A model generated the notes under the pieces. The model was given only the letters and a program-made list of their open reading frames with translations, had not been told where the DNA came from and ran no database searches. The translations under genes and the position numbers were made by a program. A DNA stretch of 63,043 bases, counting the filler, from Polymyxa betae A26-41 (lineage: Eukaryota > Protista > Endomyxa: Phytomyxea): assembly GCA_003693705.1 (NCBI GenBank). It is 4 parts of 4 records of this genome, joined end to end, with 100 filler letters (N's around TTAATTAATTAA, not from the genome) between each part and the next. Parts side by side here need not be neighbours in the genome. Positions count along the whole stretch, not along the records: positions 31,141 to 51,467 come from RBZT01000343.1; 3 more parts are not named here. One strand, written 5' to 3'. Every line of letters starts with the position of its first letter. The first letter of the stretch is position 1. Below, in pieces: positions 35,118 through 47,557 of the stretch.

Positions 35118-37853
35118 TTATAAAAGCGGTTTTCGCAAGGCTTCTTGAGCTCTGATAAGAACCGTGAATTGGGACATTGCTTTCCGCTTCTCTTCATCGG
35201 TAGGTAAATGGAATATATTAAACGGGTTGACGCTTACAGGGATGAACCTCGCCTTGGCTTCAACCGCAGTAGCAGTGGGATTTTCTTGCCTTTCCTTCTC
35301 CATCAACACTGCGACCGTCTTAAACAGTTTCGTATCGTAGAATCCCTCTTCAATAGCGTCTTCATTGGTCATGTCTTGCACTTCCGGCAACCTCAACGTC
35401 AGCATGGCTTCGTTGGGGATCGATAGCTCTTCAAGAGTAAGATCATCATTATCCAGTTGAATTTCTTCAAAAGATAACTGCTGGTCTTGAACTGAGGTTC
35501 TCAACGTGGTAGCCACTTGTTCTTTAAGCTTTCCAATGGTCCAGGAGAATCTCACATCTAAGGTGGCTAATGCTCTTCTTGTTGACGAATCTAGCCGTTG
35601 AAGATAAACAACGCCAGCATCTGACGACACCGAAGGCGGCGATGTGAGCTTCTGGCGCGCTTCTTCCATCTCAGCAACGCACAGTGAATCCCGACACAGC
35701 TCGGGCTCGATCGTGCTTTTGACAGCGGTCCATTGCCGGGCCAATCGAGGCCGAGCAGCGTCGACATTTGACAGAGTAATTACGATAGGGCTTCCGTGAC
35801 AAGAGAACACTTCGTTGATCAGCAACCAATCGTCTTCTGGAACAGCAATGAGAGATGTCGACCCATTGTACTGTAACGCTCCGATTAAACTTTTCGCAGA
35901 CGGCATCTGGATCGGAACCCCATCCGTGCAAATAGACGCTAAGCGAGAGCAGCCGTGTTGGCAGAGTAATGTATCGTTCGAAACAGGTCCAGGATAGGTC
36001 GCCGACGTTTTCGTCTTTAACCAGGTGTTCATAGCCAGAAACCAAGTCGTCGGCAAAAGAAACAGCTTCTCGATGGTTGGAGGCTGGGATGCAGGAAACG
36101 GCCTTCCTCTTTTGTAAACTGATTTCAGGCGAGATAGGGTCTCAGGGTCAACATCGGAATCCGTTCGTTGCCGCTTCGGTGCAGGTAGCCCGGAACTTTC
36201 GCACGAATACGACATGGCACAGTCCCTACAGAGCATGTGACGAGGCAGTTCGAAATCGTATCCGTTCAACTCTCGTAGGAAATTCCATGCGCCAGCTGGC
36301 AGACGAACAAATTCCGTGATCTTTCTGGGATCAACACGACCATGCTCCAAACAGAGCAGGCTATGGTTCAGAATTCGACCATCTTCATGCGATTTGGAAT
36401 CACCTCGTTGTCCACGGAGCCAATCGTACAGCCAGGTATGCTCGATGAAATAAAACTCGTCCGCATCAGCATGCATAGAGCATTGGTCCCAGAAGGTCGA
36501 GATCTGCTGTCTTCGCGTCGTCAAGAACCGCAAAAACGATTGCTGTCGCTCGATGATAGCATCATGCGAAACAGTCGCCATCGTATCTCGTTCCCGAACG
36601 AGCAGCTGCAAAGCGGCGGATGGCTGAGAATATCGACGTAAAGGACGCCCACGACGTGTATACACGAGCATATAGGCAGTATCAGAGCAGATACGGCGGG
36701 TGTTCGAGCCTTGAACCAGCTGACCGGGACCGACCTCGCCATCATTCAGTCGAGTCCAGGCTCCAGTCAGCTCATCACGAACTTCAGCGTAGTAATGTCC
36801 ACTATGAGTCGATTCGCCCGTGTGCAAAATCACAGTGGACAGATCATACACCACGACCTCCTTCGTATCCGTGTTTTGAAACGCGAGAACCAATGGGATA
36901 TCGACAGCAATGTGCAGCTTGACATTCGTCTGCGTTTTGCGGTTGTATACGAAACGCATCAGTTGAATATGAAGAATAGGCGGGATCTGCTCGAGTTCCA
37001 GAGAGCGGTCTGCATTGCATTTGTCATTGCACGACAGGCAATGATATCGATTATTCCCTAACGCCCAAGTTAGAATCAACACGATCCGGAGATTAAACGA
37101 GCAAACTTTGACGAACAAAAAGAGATATTCATCAGCAAACGAGAAACGTGATTTACCAGATAACCGTTCGGTATTGAGATAAGTAGCGATGCAGTTTTCG
37201 ATTGTGAAAAGATCCTTCGTGATAGGAATACAAAGCTCAGTGAAATTGGAGCGGCGCAACGAAGAGCGATGGCATCGAAGGCAGGTCGTCTTGTGAATAA
37301 ACGACCCTTCATATTGTGAGGACACGAAGCCTTTCTCCAGCCGATGACGAAGCAGCGTTAGGAGCAGATGCGTGAATTCTTGCACGTCCTGCTGCTGATC
37401 GGTTTTCAGCCCCAGCAGCTCGATCAGCGCCGTTGGGTCGCAGACCGCGTTCGAGCTGCATTGCAGTGACGTGAACAGCAGCTGCAGTTCTCGTATAACG
37501 TCATCGTCGCCGGAATGATTATAAACCGCCTCTCGAAACGTCGAATTCGAGAATAAACATTGGATAAAAACGTTAAAAAAGCACGTTGCCCCCAGATTAA
37601 CCATGCCGCGTAAAGTCCCAGAAATCGCAGGGCTGGGACGAGCGACAACATTCGGTACCGGGCCCAATTCGGCGACCTGATCGGAAATGGCGCGCCAGAA
37701 CGGAGCCGATTTCATGCCGCGCTTTAGGCGCTCGACGCAGTTCGGATGGTCGGTGCAGAGCCGGCCCTTGGTGTTCAGCACATTGCATCGCGGCAGATGC
37801 AGATGGAATACCTCGAGGAGGTCGGCATCGTCGTGGCGACCGCGCTCAGGCAT
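35118..37853 (-). CDS. USP48: Ubiquitin C-terminal hydrolase, USP48/UBP26-like (USP domain, DUSP-like repeats, ubiquitin-like domain)
   Basis: Cys box GMVNLGATCFFN, QQQDVQEF and His box HTGESTHSGHYYA...LNDGEV; N-terminal HPNC motif; UBL domain near the C-terminus; probable 99-bp in-frame intron 37058-37156. Confidence 0.88.
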   Translation of the reverse strand: MPERGRHDDADLLEVFHLHLPRCNVLNTKGRLCTDHPNCVERLKRGMKSAPFWRAISDQVAELGPVPNVVARPSPAISGTLRGMVNLGATCFFNVFIQCLFSNSTFREAVYNHSGDDDVIRELQLLFTSLQCSSNAVCDPTALIELLGLKTDQQQDVQEFTHLLLTLLRHRLEKGFVSSQYEGSFIHKTTCLRCHRSSLRRSNFTELCIPITKDLFTIENCIATYLNTERLSGKSRFSFADEYLFLFVKVCSFNLRIVLILTWALGNNRYHCLSCNDKCNADRSLELEQIPPILHIQLMRFVYNRKTQTNVKLHIAVDIPLVLAFQNTDTKEVVVYDLSTVILHTGESTHSGHYYAEVRDELTGAWTRLNDGEVGPGQLVQGSNTRRICSDTAYMLVYTRRGRPLRRYSQPSAALQLLVRERDTMATVSHDAIIERQQSFLRFLTTRRQQISTFWDQCSMHADADEFYFIEHTWLYDWLRGQRGDSKSHEDGRILNHSLLCLEHGRVDPRKITEFVRLPAGAWNFLRELNGYDFELPRHMLCRDCAMSYSCESSGLPAPKRQRTDSDVDPETLSRLKSVYKRGRPFPASQPPTIEKLFLLPTTWFLAMNTWLKTKTSATYPGPVSNDTLLCQHGCSRLASICTDGVPIQMPSAKSLIGALQYNGSTSLIAVPEDDWLLINEVFSCHGSPIVITLSNVDAARPRLARQWTAVKSTIEPELCRDSLCVAEMEEARQKLTSPPSVSSDAGVVYLQRLDSSTRRALATLDVRFSWTIGKLKEQVATTLRTSVQDQQLSFEEIQLDNDDLTLEELSIPNEAMLTLRLPEVQDMTNEDAIEEGFYDTKLFKTVAVLMEKERQENPTATAVEAKARFIPVSVNPFNIFHLPTDEEKRKAMSQFTVLIRAQEALRKPLL

Positions 37854-39410
37854 TGAATTGGGCTCTTAGACGAGACGACGACGACGACAACTCTGCGTGT
37901 GGCTGCGCTCTGTCATGGCTCCATTGACCAATCATGGATCCGATTAATTGACCATCGCAGCTCGTCGAAGGCATCCGATAACGCAGTTCTGAGCTTTCGC
38001 ATGGCTGTCGTTTACAGCAGTATCGATTAGCATGGTGGCAGAGATTTTGTGCTTGAAAATCGCAAATCTATAAAATTCGCGATTCACGAATCCACTTCAA
38101 GCCAGCTAGATATCAGAGCTTGGATTTCGCTTTATTGGTGGAGAACAGATTCGAATATAGCGCTCTTGGCTTCAAAATCCCACTAGAATTTGTTCGTGAG
38201 GATTTACCTGGCGTAGAGCTCCATACCTGATTGTCTGCTTCTGCGATGACCTCGAAACCCTCTACGGCAATCATGTACGATTTAGTGTTTATCAGATGAG
38301 TGACTGTTCTGGCACAACAGGCGGTTATCGATACAGCATACTCAATGATCCATTCGCGCCCGTTGATTTCCAACTTCATGAAACACGAGAATTCTATCAC
38401 TCTACTGACTTTTAGATGCCACTCAGCTAAAATCGTAAAGCTCTTCTTTAATGACTTAATGAGAGGAACCTCACCGTAGATCTGCCTCAGGACCATTACC
38501 ATGATCTGGCCGCTCGACGAACTTCTCTCTCTGGCTCCGGATGCTCAACAATCACATCGAACTGTACGTCTTACCTGATATGACTAATTCGGTCTTCCAT
38601 TTGACTCAACGTCGCGAATACAAAGCGAAACTGGTTTCTATCTTATTGTGACAGCAAGAGAGGCCAACAAAGGGCCAAAGTTTCTTCATGTTGGGAAAAA
38701 AGCAAAAAGTTTCGCGATCGCCTTTCAATATATACAGCCCTGCCCTAATCCACGGCGTTCTTCGGACTTCGTGAGTCCAGCCGGGACGCTGCCGCCCGAT
38801 CTGCCATTTGGCACTATCGAGTCAGAGTGATCAGCACGTAAGTCTGTCCGACGTTGGGTCTTGGTCGTCCCCGTCGTGATGGGTCCCCATCGTGTTTGTA
38901 TTGCCGCCAAGTGCCTATAATAACATGGATCTCGGCTGGGTCTCGTCTCGGGATATTGGTCGGCATCTGCCCGACTCCCACCACACGACTCGCTGGTTCG
39001 ACATCGGCTCTTGTCCTTATCTATCTGCCTCATCGTTTTCAAAATAAATGATCATATTCATGCCCGCAGAGTATCGAAACCCTTGTCTTCCATTCTGTTT
39101 ATAAATACCTACTACCTAGAACGCTCTTTCAAAGCGGGAGCGTACACTCTTCTGATTAGTGCTTGAGTTCATTTCCAGCTTTCTCTTTGGATCGACACGG
39201 TCTTTGGTTGGTGCGCGCAACTTCTGTGATTTTATTTCTAATTTTTTTTGCCCAACACTGTCTTCTGATTTGTGCGCGCAGTTTCTGTCCGTCAAATAAA
39301 TAACCGTCGCCAAACTTTATGCGTAAAGTTTTGTCTTTGGCGGTGTCGATGGTCCTGGAATTGCGCTGTGTTTTGGTCCTGTCCAACCGGTCGGCTCCAG
39401 ACTTCAATAG

Positions 39411-42400
39411 ATGGATGCCGCTGCCGTCGGCGATGACGTCCTGGCGACTGCGGCCGACACCGGCCGGCGCGGTATTTGTCAGCTTCGTTCCATTCTCGGG
39501 CCCGACCATGTCTGCATCGGGCCAACGACGGCCGCCCAGCGCGCCTTGATGACCCCCGACCAGCTCTTCCGTCGTAATATCGAGATTCAGATCCACCAAG
39601 AACAGATTGATCTCGATCTGCTCGACGACGACGACGCCGAAATTGACGAAGACGAGCAGGACGACCTGCTCGATGAGTCCGACGAAATCGAGGCGCTTCT
39701 CGAAGATAAATTCGCCATATCGGGTGGCGGTCGGGTCTGGATCCAGCCTGCCGTCGCTGAAGCGGCTCGCGTGGCCCGCCGCCTCGGCGCCGAGACCGAT
39801 TTCCATCCGCCAAAATCAGCCGATGTCACACTCGTCCAAATCCAGCCGAAGCCGGCTCCGGCAGCGCCGTTCATCTCGAGGCCGCCCAGTTCGACTTTAA
39901 CGCCCCCGAAGCGAAAGTCCTCATGGATTGACAAGCTGAATGAAGCTGCCGCCGCCAGGGCGCCGCCCGACGCCGTTTGGACGCGCGGCGTGTTGGCGCA
40001 AGCCGCTCGCGAGTACGAAGTTTTGGAGGAAGCTGGCCGGCGTCGCGCCCAAAAACGTCGTCGTCGGTCGTCGGTTCCTACCGCAACGAAAGCCGTCGAA
40101 GACCTCACCTGGCGTCTCGGTCAGATCTGGATGCGTTTGCCGGGCGATTGCCGCCTGTCCGCGGGAGGCGTCCGCGTCGATTTCGGCCCCCGACGTCTCA
40201 TCGTCGAATCGATCACCGACGATTCTCGTTTCGAATTCGTTGCCGCCGACGATTTCGGCCTCTCGCGCCCGCTCGGTGCTCTGCGCGCCTTGTGCGCCGC
40301 CGGCCTGGCCCAGGTCGACACCGCCCTGGAAATGTCATCGACCGACGCCCGCCTGCTCCGCATCGCCATCGTCGTGCGCCGCGTCCTTTGGGACTGGCCG
40401 CAGATCCGCCAGGCCGCCGCCCGTAAGGCGCTCCGGACGCTGCTCGTCTGCTGCGATGCGTCCAGTACGGCCGCGTACGACCTGGACGAGTACCCGGTGC
40501 CGCCATCCGCCGATCCCGCCGACCTGACGGTCGCCTGGCTGTACGACGCCCTGACGCCGGCCATCTCTGCGCCCGTCATCGCCATCCCCGATGAGATCCG
40601 TACTTGCCCATCGCGGTACCAGCTGGCCGCCGCAAGATGGATGATCGACCGCGAGCGCCATCCGGAACGTCATCCGGACCCGTGCTGGTTCCGGTATGAG
40701 ATCGCCGCTCCCGATCATGACGATGGCGAGGCGATCTGGTACGATGCGGTTCGCGGCGCCTTCATGCCCGGAGACCGCCCCGTTCCCGATATTCAGGTGC
40801 CCCGCGGTGGCATTCTGGCCGACCAGATGGGACTCGGAAAAACGCTCGAATGCCTGATGCTGGTCGTCGCCAATCGTCGCGACCCGACCGAATGCGATCT
40901 CCCCGTCTCATGCAATGATGGTACGCACAGGTACGATGTTTGCTCACAAATTTTTTCGAATTGTTTATCTAAGTAATTTTCCAACATTCTTTACTCCTAT
41001 CGTACTCTATTGTTCGGTTTTAGAAAATTCTGTTTCAGGTTCTCATGTGCGACAACGCTAGTCGTGGTCCCATCGAACCTGGCAGCGCAATGGTCCCGAG
41101 AGATTGCGATTCATTGCCCGAGTTTGAAGACGTCCACCTACGTCCGCGCCGCGTTGACCGCCGCCGAGATCGCCGCTCTCGACGTCGTCATCACCACGTT
41201 CGACGTCCTCCGCCAGGAGGTCAACTACTCGAAGCAGGTCCCATACGCGCTCCGGCCCGAAAAGAAGTACGCGATTCCGACCACGCCCTTGCTCGAGCTC
41301 GAATTCGCTCGTCTCATCTGCGACGAAGCCCAACAGCTGGAATCGTCCATGAGCTCGACAGCGCAGATGGCGCTGCGAATCGCTGCGAAGGCGCGCTGGT
41401 GCGTGACGGGAACGCCGATCGGTCCGCGCCAGCTCGACGACATCCGGGCCCTGTTCGTCATGGTCGGGTACGACCCGTACTCGCAGCGCGGCGTCTTCCG
41501 CGACTTGCTCGAAGACCAGTGGCTGCTGGGTGACCCGCAGCCTGTCCTGGACGTCCTTCGTCGCGTGTTCTGGCGTCATTCGAAGGCGTCGGTCGCCGTC
41601 GAACTACGATTGCCGCCGCTGTCGCAGCGCGACGTTCGTCTGCGCTTCTCGTCGGTCGAGTTCGAGCTCTATCGGCGTTTGCTGGTCGAGACCCGCAACA
41701 AGGTCCAGGACGACGAACGCGCCGGACTGCTCGGCGGGCTTCCACTAACGCGCCATCTGGAGCCGCTACGACAGGCGTGCTGCCATCCAATGCGGGCGGG
41801 CGGCGGCGTCGAGACGACCGCGCAGACCATGACGCAGCTCTCGTCGAATCTGTGCAAATTGGCGATGGATGACATGGCGGCCGCCGAACGTGATCTGTGT
41901 CGTGCTGGAAATGCGCTTGGAGCGTTCCTGGCGGCGCGTGGCGACAATGACCGCGCCTGGGACGTGTTGACGTCGGCGTGGTATCTGGCCGAATCCGGGT
42001 TCCAAGCAGTCCCCGATCGTGATCGATTCAAGCTCGTTGAGTCTGAGGAGATCGTCACCGCCAATGCATCGCATCGTGTCTGGAGAGCGCTGCAGGTTAT
42101 CAATTGCAAATTGCTGGTGGCGGTCGGCGAGAAGATCGTGGACCCGACGCCGTCGCTTCTGGACTCGCTGGTCCTGCTGCGGAAACAGCGTGAGGAATAC
42201 GAAGCGGAATTCCTGGAGACGCCCATCGAACGCATCAAAGACGTCGCGAACCTGGCGGAGAATTATATCGGGCCGGTATTCGATATGCATTTGCCAACGG
42301 CGTCGGATGAGACCAAAGCCATCGTTGAGCGCGTCCGGGCGGCACCCGATGAACCGCTGCCTGTCGCGATCATGGCTGAGATCGGCGTCTTGGACCGGCG

Positions 42401-44036
42401 CTATCTGAAACAACGACAGAAAGTGATGGGGCGGCTCCGGCTTCATGAGCTCTGGCTGTATCATACCTTCTGTCTGAGCTTGGTCGACTTTTGCGAAAGC
42501 GATCTGGGGCAGGCGCAGCGCGATTGCATGCAGGCGATTCGAAAGCGGTCTACGCCGATGAGAGAGGAATCGCCCGATCCGAAACGCCCGTCCATTGTGA
42601 CGCTGATGACGAAGCAGCTGAAGCGGTTGGAGAAGGCGCTGAACAAATTCGTCGGCCTATCGCCGGAGGAAGAAGCCCGTCTTACTGTTGAGCATCAAAT
42701 GCTGCACAGTAACACGAGGCTGCTGAACATATCTCGCGAGATTCACAAACTGCGGCAGCGCCTCGGTGAAATGCGCCGCGATCTTGACCATCAGAAGAAG
42801 GTCGATATCGAGATTCCGTCGATGATTCCTACGGAACTGCCGCCCGAACCCGACAAAGTCGAACACGAGCTTCGCTCCCAGGTTGGTTGTTTTCATCCAC
42901 CCTGTTTATGTTTGTTTTGCTTCGAATCTGTTCATTTCTTTCTCTAATCTTCATGCTTTTAAATAGACTGCCTTTATGGTGTACTGTTTTCGTTTGTATG
43001 GATTCACATTAACGGTTTGTTCAGCTAGATGAAGTTCGGATGCGCTGCGTTAGCGCCCTGGGTCACATCCGGTATCTCAATCATCGGTTCCGGGAAGGGG
43101 CCAGCATCGACGAAGCCGTTTGCGCCATTTGTCTGCAGTCGATTTCCGACCAGCTGATCACTGTCTGCTTCCATGTTTTCTGCCGCCATTGCATCCATGC
43201 AAGCCTGGAGAAGCAACGCGGCCGAGGTCGCTGCCCTTGCTGTCGGCATCCGATTTCCCGAGATCTTCTGTATCGGGTCAGGCGTCCGGACGGTGTGGAC
43301 GCCCTCCAGCAAGTCGAGAACGCTAACGGTATCCTCGCATCGATGATGTCGTGCCCGATTGAGGACCCCGGCAACCTTTCTTCCAAGATCGCCGCTGTCG
43401 TTCGCTCTGTTGTGGTAAGTTTCGGATTGGTTTTGTCCTTTTGCAGTTCCATCAACACCTCGCTTTGGATAATTTCGCCGCTTGTTGTTTTTTACTGAGC
43501 TTTTTTCCTTTTGCGCTTCCGCTAGCGTTCTCTGATTTATCGTGCTGTAGTGGCTGTCTTCACAATCTGACTCGACCAAAATCCTGGTGTTTTCTCATTT
43601 CAAGCCAATCCTATTGCTAATTAGCAGAGCGCTGGCGGATAATCACGTTCCTCATCGTCTGTTAACCGGGTCATCGAAAGAACGTTGCCAATCAATCGAG
43701 CTTTTTCAGGACCCTTGTAATATGTCTGTTCGAGCCCTGTTGATGTCCATGCGCAGCGATGCATCCGGGCTGACTCTGCACACGGCCCAGTACGTGTTTC
43801 TCGTAGAGCCGTCGTTGAACCCAGCTATCGAAGATCAGTCAGTCGCGCGAGTCCACCGAAGAGGCCAAACCAGGGATACGTTTGTATACCGATTCTTAAT
43901 TGAAGGATCTGTCGAGGATCGAATCATTGACATACAGCAACAACGACGTCAGTTGAATGAAGAAAGGCAAAGGACAGACGACCGCCTGCTCGAGGACGTT
44001 TCTCTCCCTGAATTGCTCAAAGTTCTGGCGGAATAA
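39411..44036 (+). CDS. SHPRH: SHPRH/IRC20-like SNF2 helicase with RING E3 ligase (4 exons: ~39411-40920, 41039-42881, 43025-43414, 43551-44036)
   Basis: GGILADQMGLGKT, CDEAQ, RWCVTGTP, LRQACCHP, RING CAICL...CFHVFCRHC...CPCCR and helicase C-terminal GLTL...EPSLNPAIEDQSVARVHRRGQ; GT-AG junctions. Confidence 0.88.
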
Positions 44037-44428
44037 TTATCATTTCAAACTGGGTTATTTAATGTTAATCATACTATTTAAAAATAGCGTTTCACCGATT
44101 TGTTTGAACCTGAAATCAAGCTATTTCAACTGTTGCGCTCTGTCTGAACGGCCAGCTTAACCACTGAATGTTGCTTATCCCGAAATACTTGTAGAGGGAC
44201 TGTTAGCAATAGCAGATCTGATAACAGTAGCGAAACGACCAAAATAAACTTTAACGGCGAGCAAGCCAGCAATTTGTTTGAACAAAACCGAGGAACCCGT
44301 TCATCAGAAACAGTTCTGGTCTCGCATTTTTGTTTCCGCAAAAATTCCGCAGTTTGAAAACTCGATCAAATCATTTGTTCGCTGAGATTTTCTTCGACAA
44401 TTCTGCCTCCTGTACACTCATTTGATAA

Positions 44429-44474
44429 AGATGCCATTTCAAGCAGAGCTTAGATGCCATTTCAAGCAGAGCTT
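44429..44474. repeat. 23-bp perfect tandem duplication
   Basis: AGATGCCATTTCAAGCAGAGCTT twice. Confidence 0.9.
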
Positions 44475-45459
44475 ATTAATAGCTCCCAGCAAACTGAAGA
44501 CCATTTTCGAATGCCAACACTAGCTTTGGCCACCCCTTTTCACGAGAATTCCTGACAATTGTGTTAAGGAATCAGCTAGCGACGGAACCGTTTGCCAGTA
44601 GTTTTGTAGCTCTACCATCGTATTGCACAGCAAATAAACATGAAACGAGTTGTTGACGCGACTTTATTACTGTAAGCGTTCCAACACAAAATAAGCGACG
44701 CGACAAACGCGATACAAGAACCAATGGCATCCGAGAAATTACCAAATAAAGCAGCCATATGCTCGCAAATGTAATTTCACAAAAATCGTGACAGGAAGAG
44801 CGACGTTGCGTTCGGAGAAGCATTCACTGGCGATAATCGCGGCTTGAACGATGTGGCGAGAATTCATGACGTCCGGGACTGCGGGTTCAGATGACAAGCG
44901 AGTCCAGTCATCCCATTTATGAAGGCGCCTAATTTGGATCCAGCGTCGGCTCGGGAAGGGGGGGTCATAATTCTTTCGTTCATACCAGCGAGGCCAAGAA
45001 AGGCCCGGAGAAATCGTCGGGCAACGCTATTAGTTGTCCCGCACGATTTGTCCGTGGCGGCTCCGTAACCCAGATCGTCGCTTTTTTTCGAACGCCATCT
45101 CCATCGGCGCTGTCGAACCGCTTCGTTCTCGTCGCCATTCACGATCGTCGCCAGGCCGGGTCCGCCGCATGCTGCTGGCCGCATGAATGCGTCCTGTGAC
45201 CGGCGTTCCCCTCATCACGTCGCCGATGCTGCCGCCACGCATCCGACGCCTTTTGCCGTCGGTACCAAGGACGTTACCACCACTGCCGTCCCAGAGCAGG
45301 GTGATGCAGAACCGCCAGAACCCCTCTGTCCCAATCTGCAGCGATATGTATTGGCAATTTGATGAAGCTTTCGTAGTGAGCTTTAACAGTTGTGGTAGGT
45401 TGACGTTGGTAGCGATCTAACCGATTATGGCAAATCGGCATTCCACCGAGTCGCACCCA

Positions 45460-45923
45460 GAAAAGAAGGTCAACAACTGTTTTTCAACAAATCGGAAATA
45501 ACCGGGAACGCCAGTGCTGTTGGCATCAGAAAACTTGAGCCACAATTTACATGCAAAATTTGCGGTAAGCTAATGCCGCCGACCTTGGATTTTCTGCAAT
45601 CGTTCATCGGGCCTTTAGGGCATTCATTCGGGCGCATTGGGAAGCTACGCTCTCACGAACTTGTTCATTCAAAAGAGAAACCGTTCGAATGCAAGGTCTG
45701 TGGGCGGCGATTCAGGCAACGGGGGACGCTTGTTCAGCACGAGCGTATCCATTATCCTGAGAGGGCTTATCAATGCACGATCTGTATGAAGAACCTTACA
45801 AGATGGTCGATCTTAGAGACTCACATGTTGAAAATACATAAAGTCCAGCTAAGCAGTAATCCTACCGCGGAAGCAACATCGGCGCCGGCCAAGACTGTTG
45901 ACGATGCTAAATCTATAAGATAA
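45460..45923 (+). CDS. C2H2 zinc-finger protein (three fingers; 5' exons uncertain)
   Basis: FTCKICG, intron, then HSFGRIGKLRSHELVH, SKEKPFECKVCGRRF...HERIH and YQCTICMK...HMLKIH. Confidence 0.85.
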
Positions 45924-46811
45924 TAAATTCCATAGCCAATCAATCATGTATATACCAAACCTTTGAGCTCCGCCTGAGGTCGTAAAGTCGCTGCACTGCT
46001 GGTTCTTTTGAAGCAATGGTCGAGATGCGACAGCTTAGATCTTTAGGGTTTCGGCCTTGCCGCCGACCTTCGAATCTTAACGATATTGCTGATGCCTGGC
46101 GTCTCTCTATCTCTCTATCCCAGGCGAGTAGAAAGAATGACAAAAAAGGCGCGGGAGATTGCAGACTGAGCAGCGACTGAGCGGAGGCCACAGGGATGAG
46201 CATGCAACATAACTTGAGTCGCGCTTTTTCTCCACGGTGGCTTGTGCGGTCGGGGTCGCGCCTAATGACTAACAAGCCACCCTCATCCATGTTGCCTGTC
46301 TTGTTGGTGTTTGTGCATGACTGGGCGCAGCCATGGCCAAGTGTCATGTTGTCCAGTTGGCGTGGCTGAGCCTGTGGGAGACCGCATTCTTACATCTGTG
46401 GGCTTGTATTCTGCATCATGCCAGTCCCTTCATCTGGTGCATGGTTCAGTATAGAGACTGTCATGGGCAATGTCCATGCTGATTGAGCTCTTGATAGCAA
46501 GCGTGATTAGTTTGAAACTCATGACCAAATCTTGGTGAATATTCGGTTCTGCCAAGCGATGCATCAACCAGGCTTTACAGACCCTGTTTGAAGCCTCCTG
46601 GAAGGGGTTGCTGTTTTACTCCCTTTACTCGGAATGGCGCTGCAGGAATGATTATCTGGATAGGAAGAGTGTTACCACGATGTCAATGCAGCTTTCACAA
46701 CTGCGCTGCGATTTAACTGGAGATGTTGAATCACAGCGCATAATTTAGATTCGTTTCTGACATATTAAGGCCGACTTTCGCAGTTTTAATGAACATCATA
46801 CCGATGCGTTC

Positions 46812-47375
46812 ATGGTAAAAGTGAGCGGCGGCAGCGACGAGGCAACCGCTATCTGGTGCTGTTGCCAGGATCCTTGCCGCGATGTGGATTATGAAGGCTC
46901 TACGTGTCTAACTCGCTCCGGGATATGGCTTGGCCATGTGCTGCATACGGCTGACGCTCTTGAGCGATTCGTCGCTCATAATTCGGCTGGCGCCATTGCA
47001 ACCTTTGCTGGCACCACTCGGGAACGCGACAACGAGAACATTGTTTCCCATCTGCATTATGAGGCTTATACGTCTTTGGTCGTGAAGCAGCTGCAATCCA
47101 TTTGTCAGCAGATTCGTGCAAAATGGAAAGTCGCTCGTATCGCCATTCAGCATCGGATTGGGGACGTCGACGTCGGTCAATGTTCCGTTCGTATTGCTGT
47201 GTCGTCAGAGCATCGGGCCGAAGCTCTTGCCGCCGTCGAGTTCGCAATCGACCAGCTCAAAGCGCGGGCTGCCATTTTCAAACGAGAACACTACGTGGAT
47301 CGGAAAGCCTCCTGGAAATCAAACCAGAATATGGAACAATCGGAACCCGATATCAGCAGCCAGGAAGCATCTTAG
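46812..47375 (+). CDS. MOCS2: Molybdopterin synthase catalytic subunit (MoaE/MOCS2B/CNX6)
   Basis: AGAIATFAGTTR, LHYEAY, HRIGDV, AVSSEHRAEA, IDQLKARAAIFKREHY and WKSN. Confidence 0.93.
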   Translation: MVKVSGGSDEATAIWCCCQDPCRDVDYEGSTCLTRSGIWLGHVLHTADALERFVAHNSAGAIATFAGTTRERDNENIVSHLHYEAYTSLVVKQLQSICQQIRAKWKVARIAIQHRIGDVDVGQCSVRIAVSSEHRAEALAAVEFAIDQLKARAAIFKREHYVDRKASWKSNQNMEQSEPDISSQEAS

Positions 47376-47557
47376 ATCAGGCCTATCTTGATGCTGTTTC
47401 GTCTGGGAGCGATTCGCTCCCTTGATCCTTTTCCATGCTATATCAATACAGCATGGAATCGTCCTGCAATTTGATTTTTTGTTGCAGACATCACGCTCCA
47501 TGATTAATCGGTTTCTCTCTTCGACCTTGAAATATCTTGGCTGCCCGATGTAATCTA

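Noticed and set aside
37950-39100. Gene between the USP48-like and SHPRH-like genes
   Set aside because: Short ORFs on both strands with no recognisable motif; strand and structure cannot be determined.
39156-42896. Many long antisense and alternate-frame ORFs over the SHPRH-like gene
   Set aside because: Expected shadow ORFs in GC-rich coding DNA.
46300-46811. Upstream MOCS2A/MoaD ORF forming a bicistronic locus
   Set aside because: No small ubiquitin-like ORF ending in GG was found.
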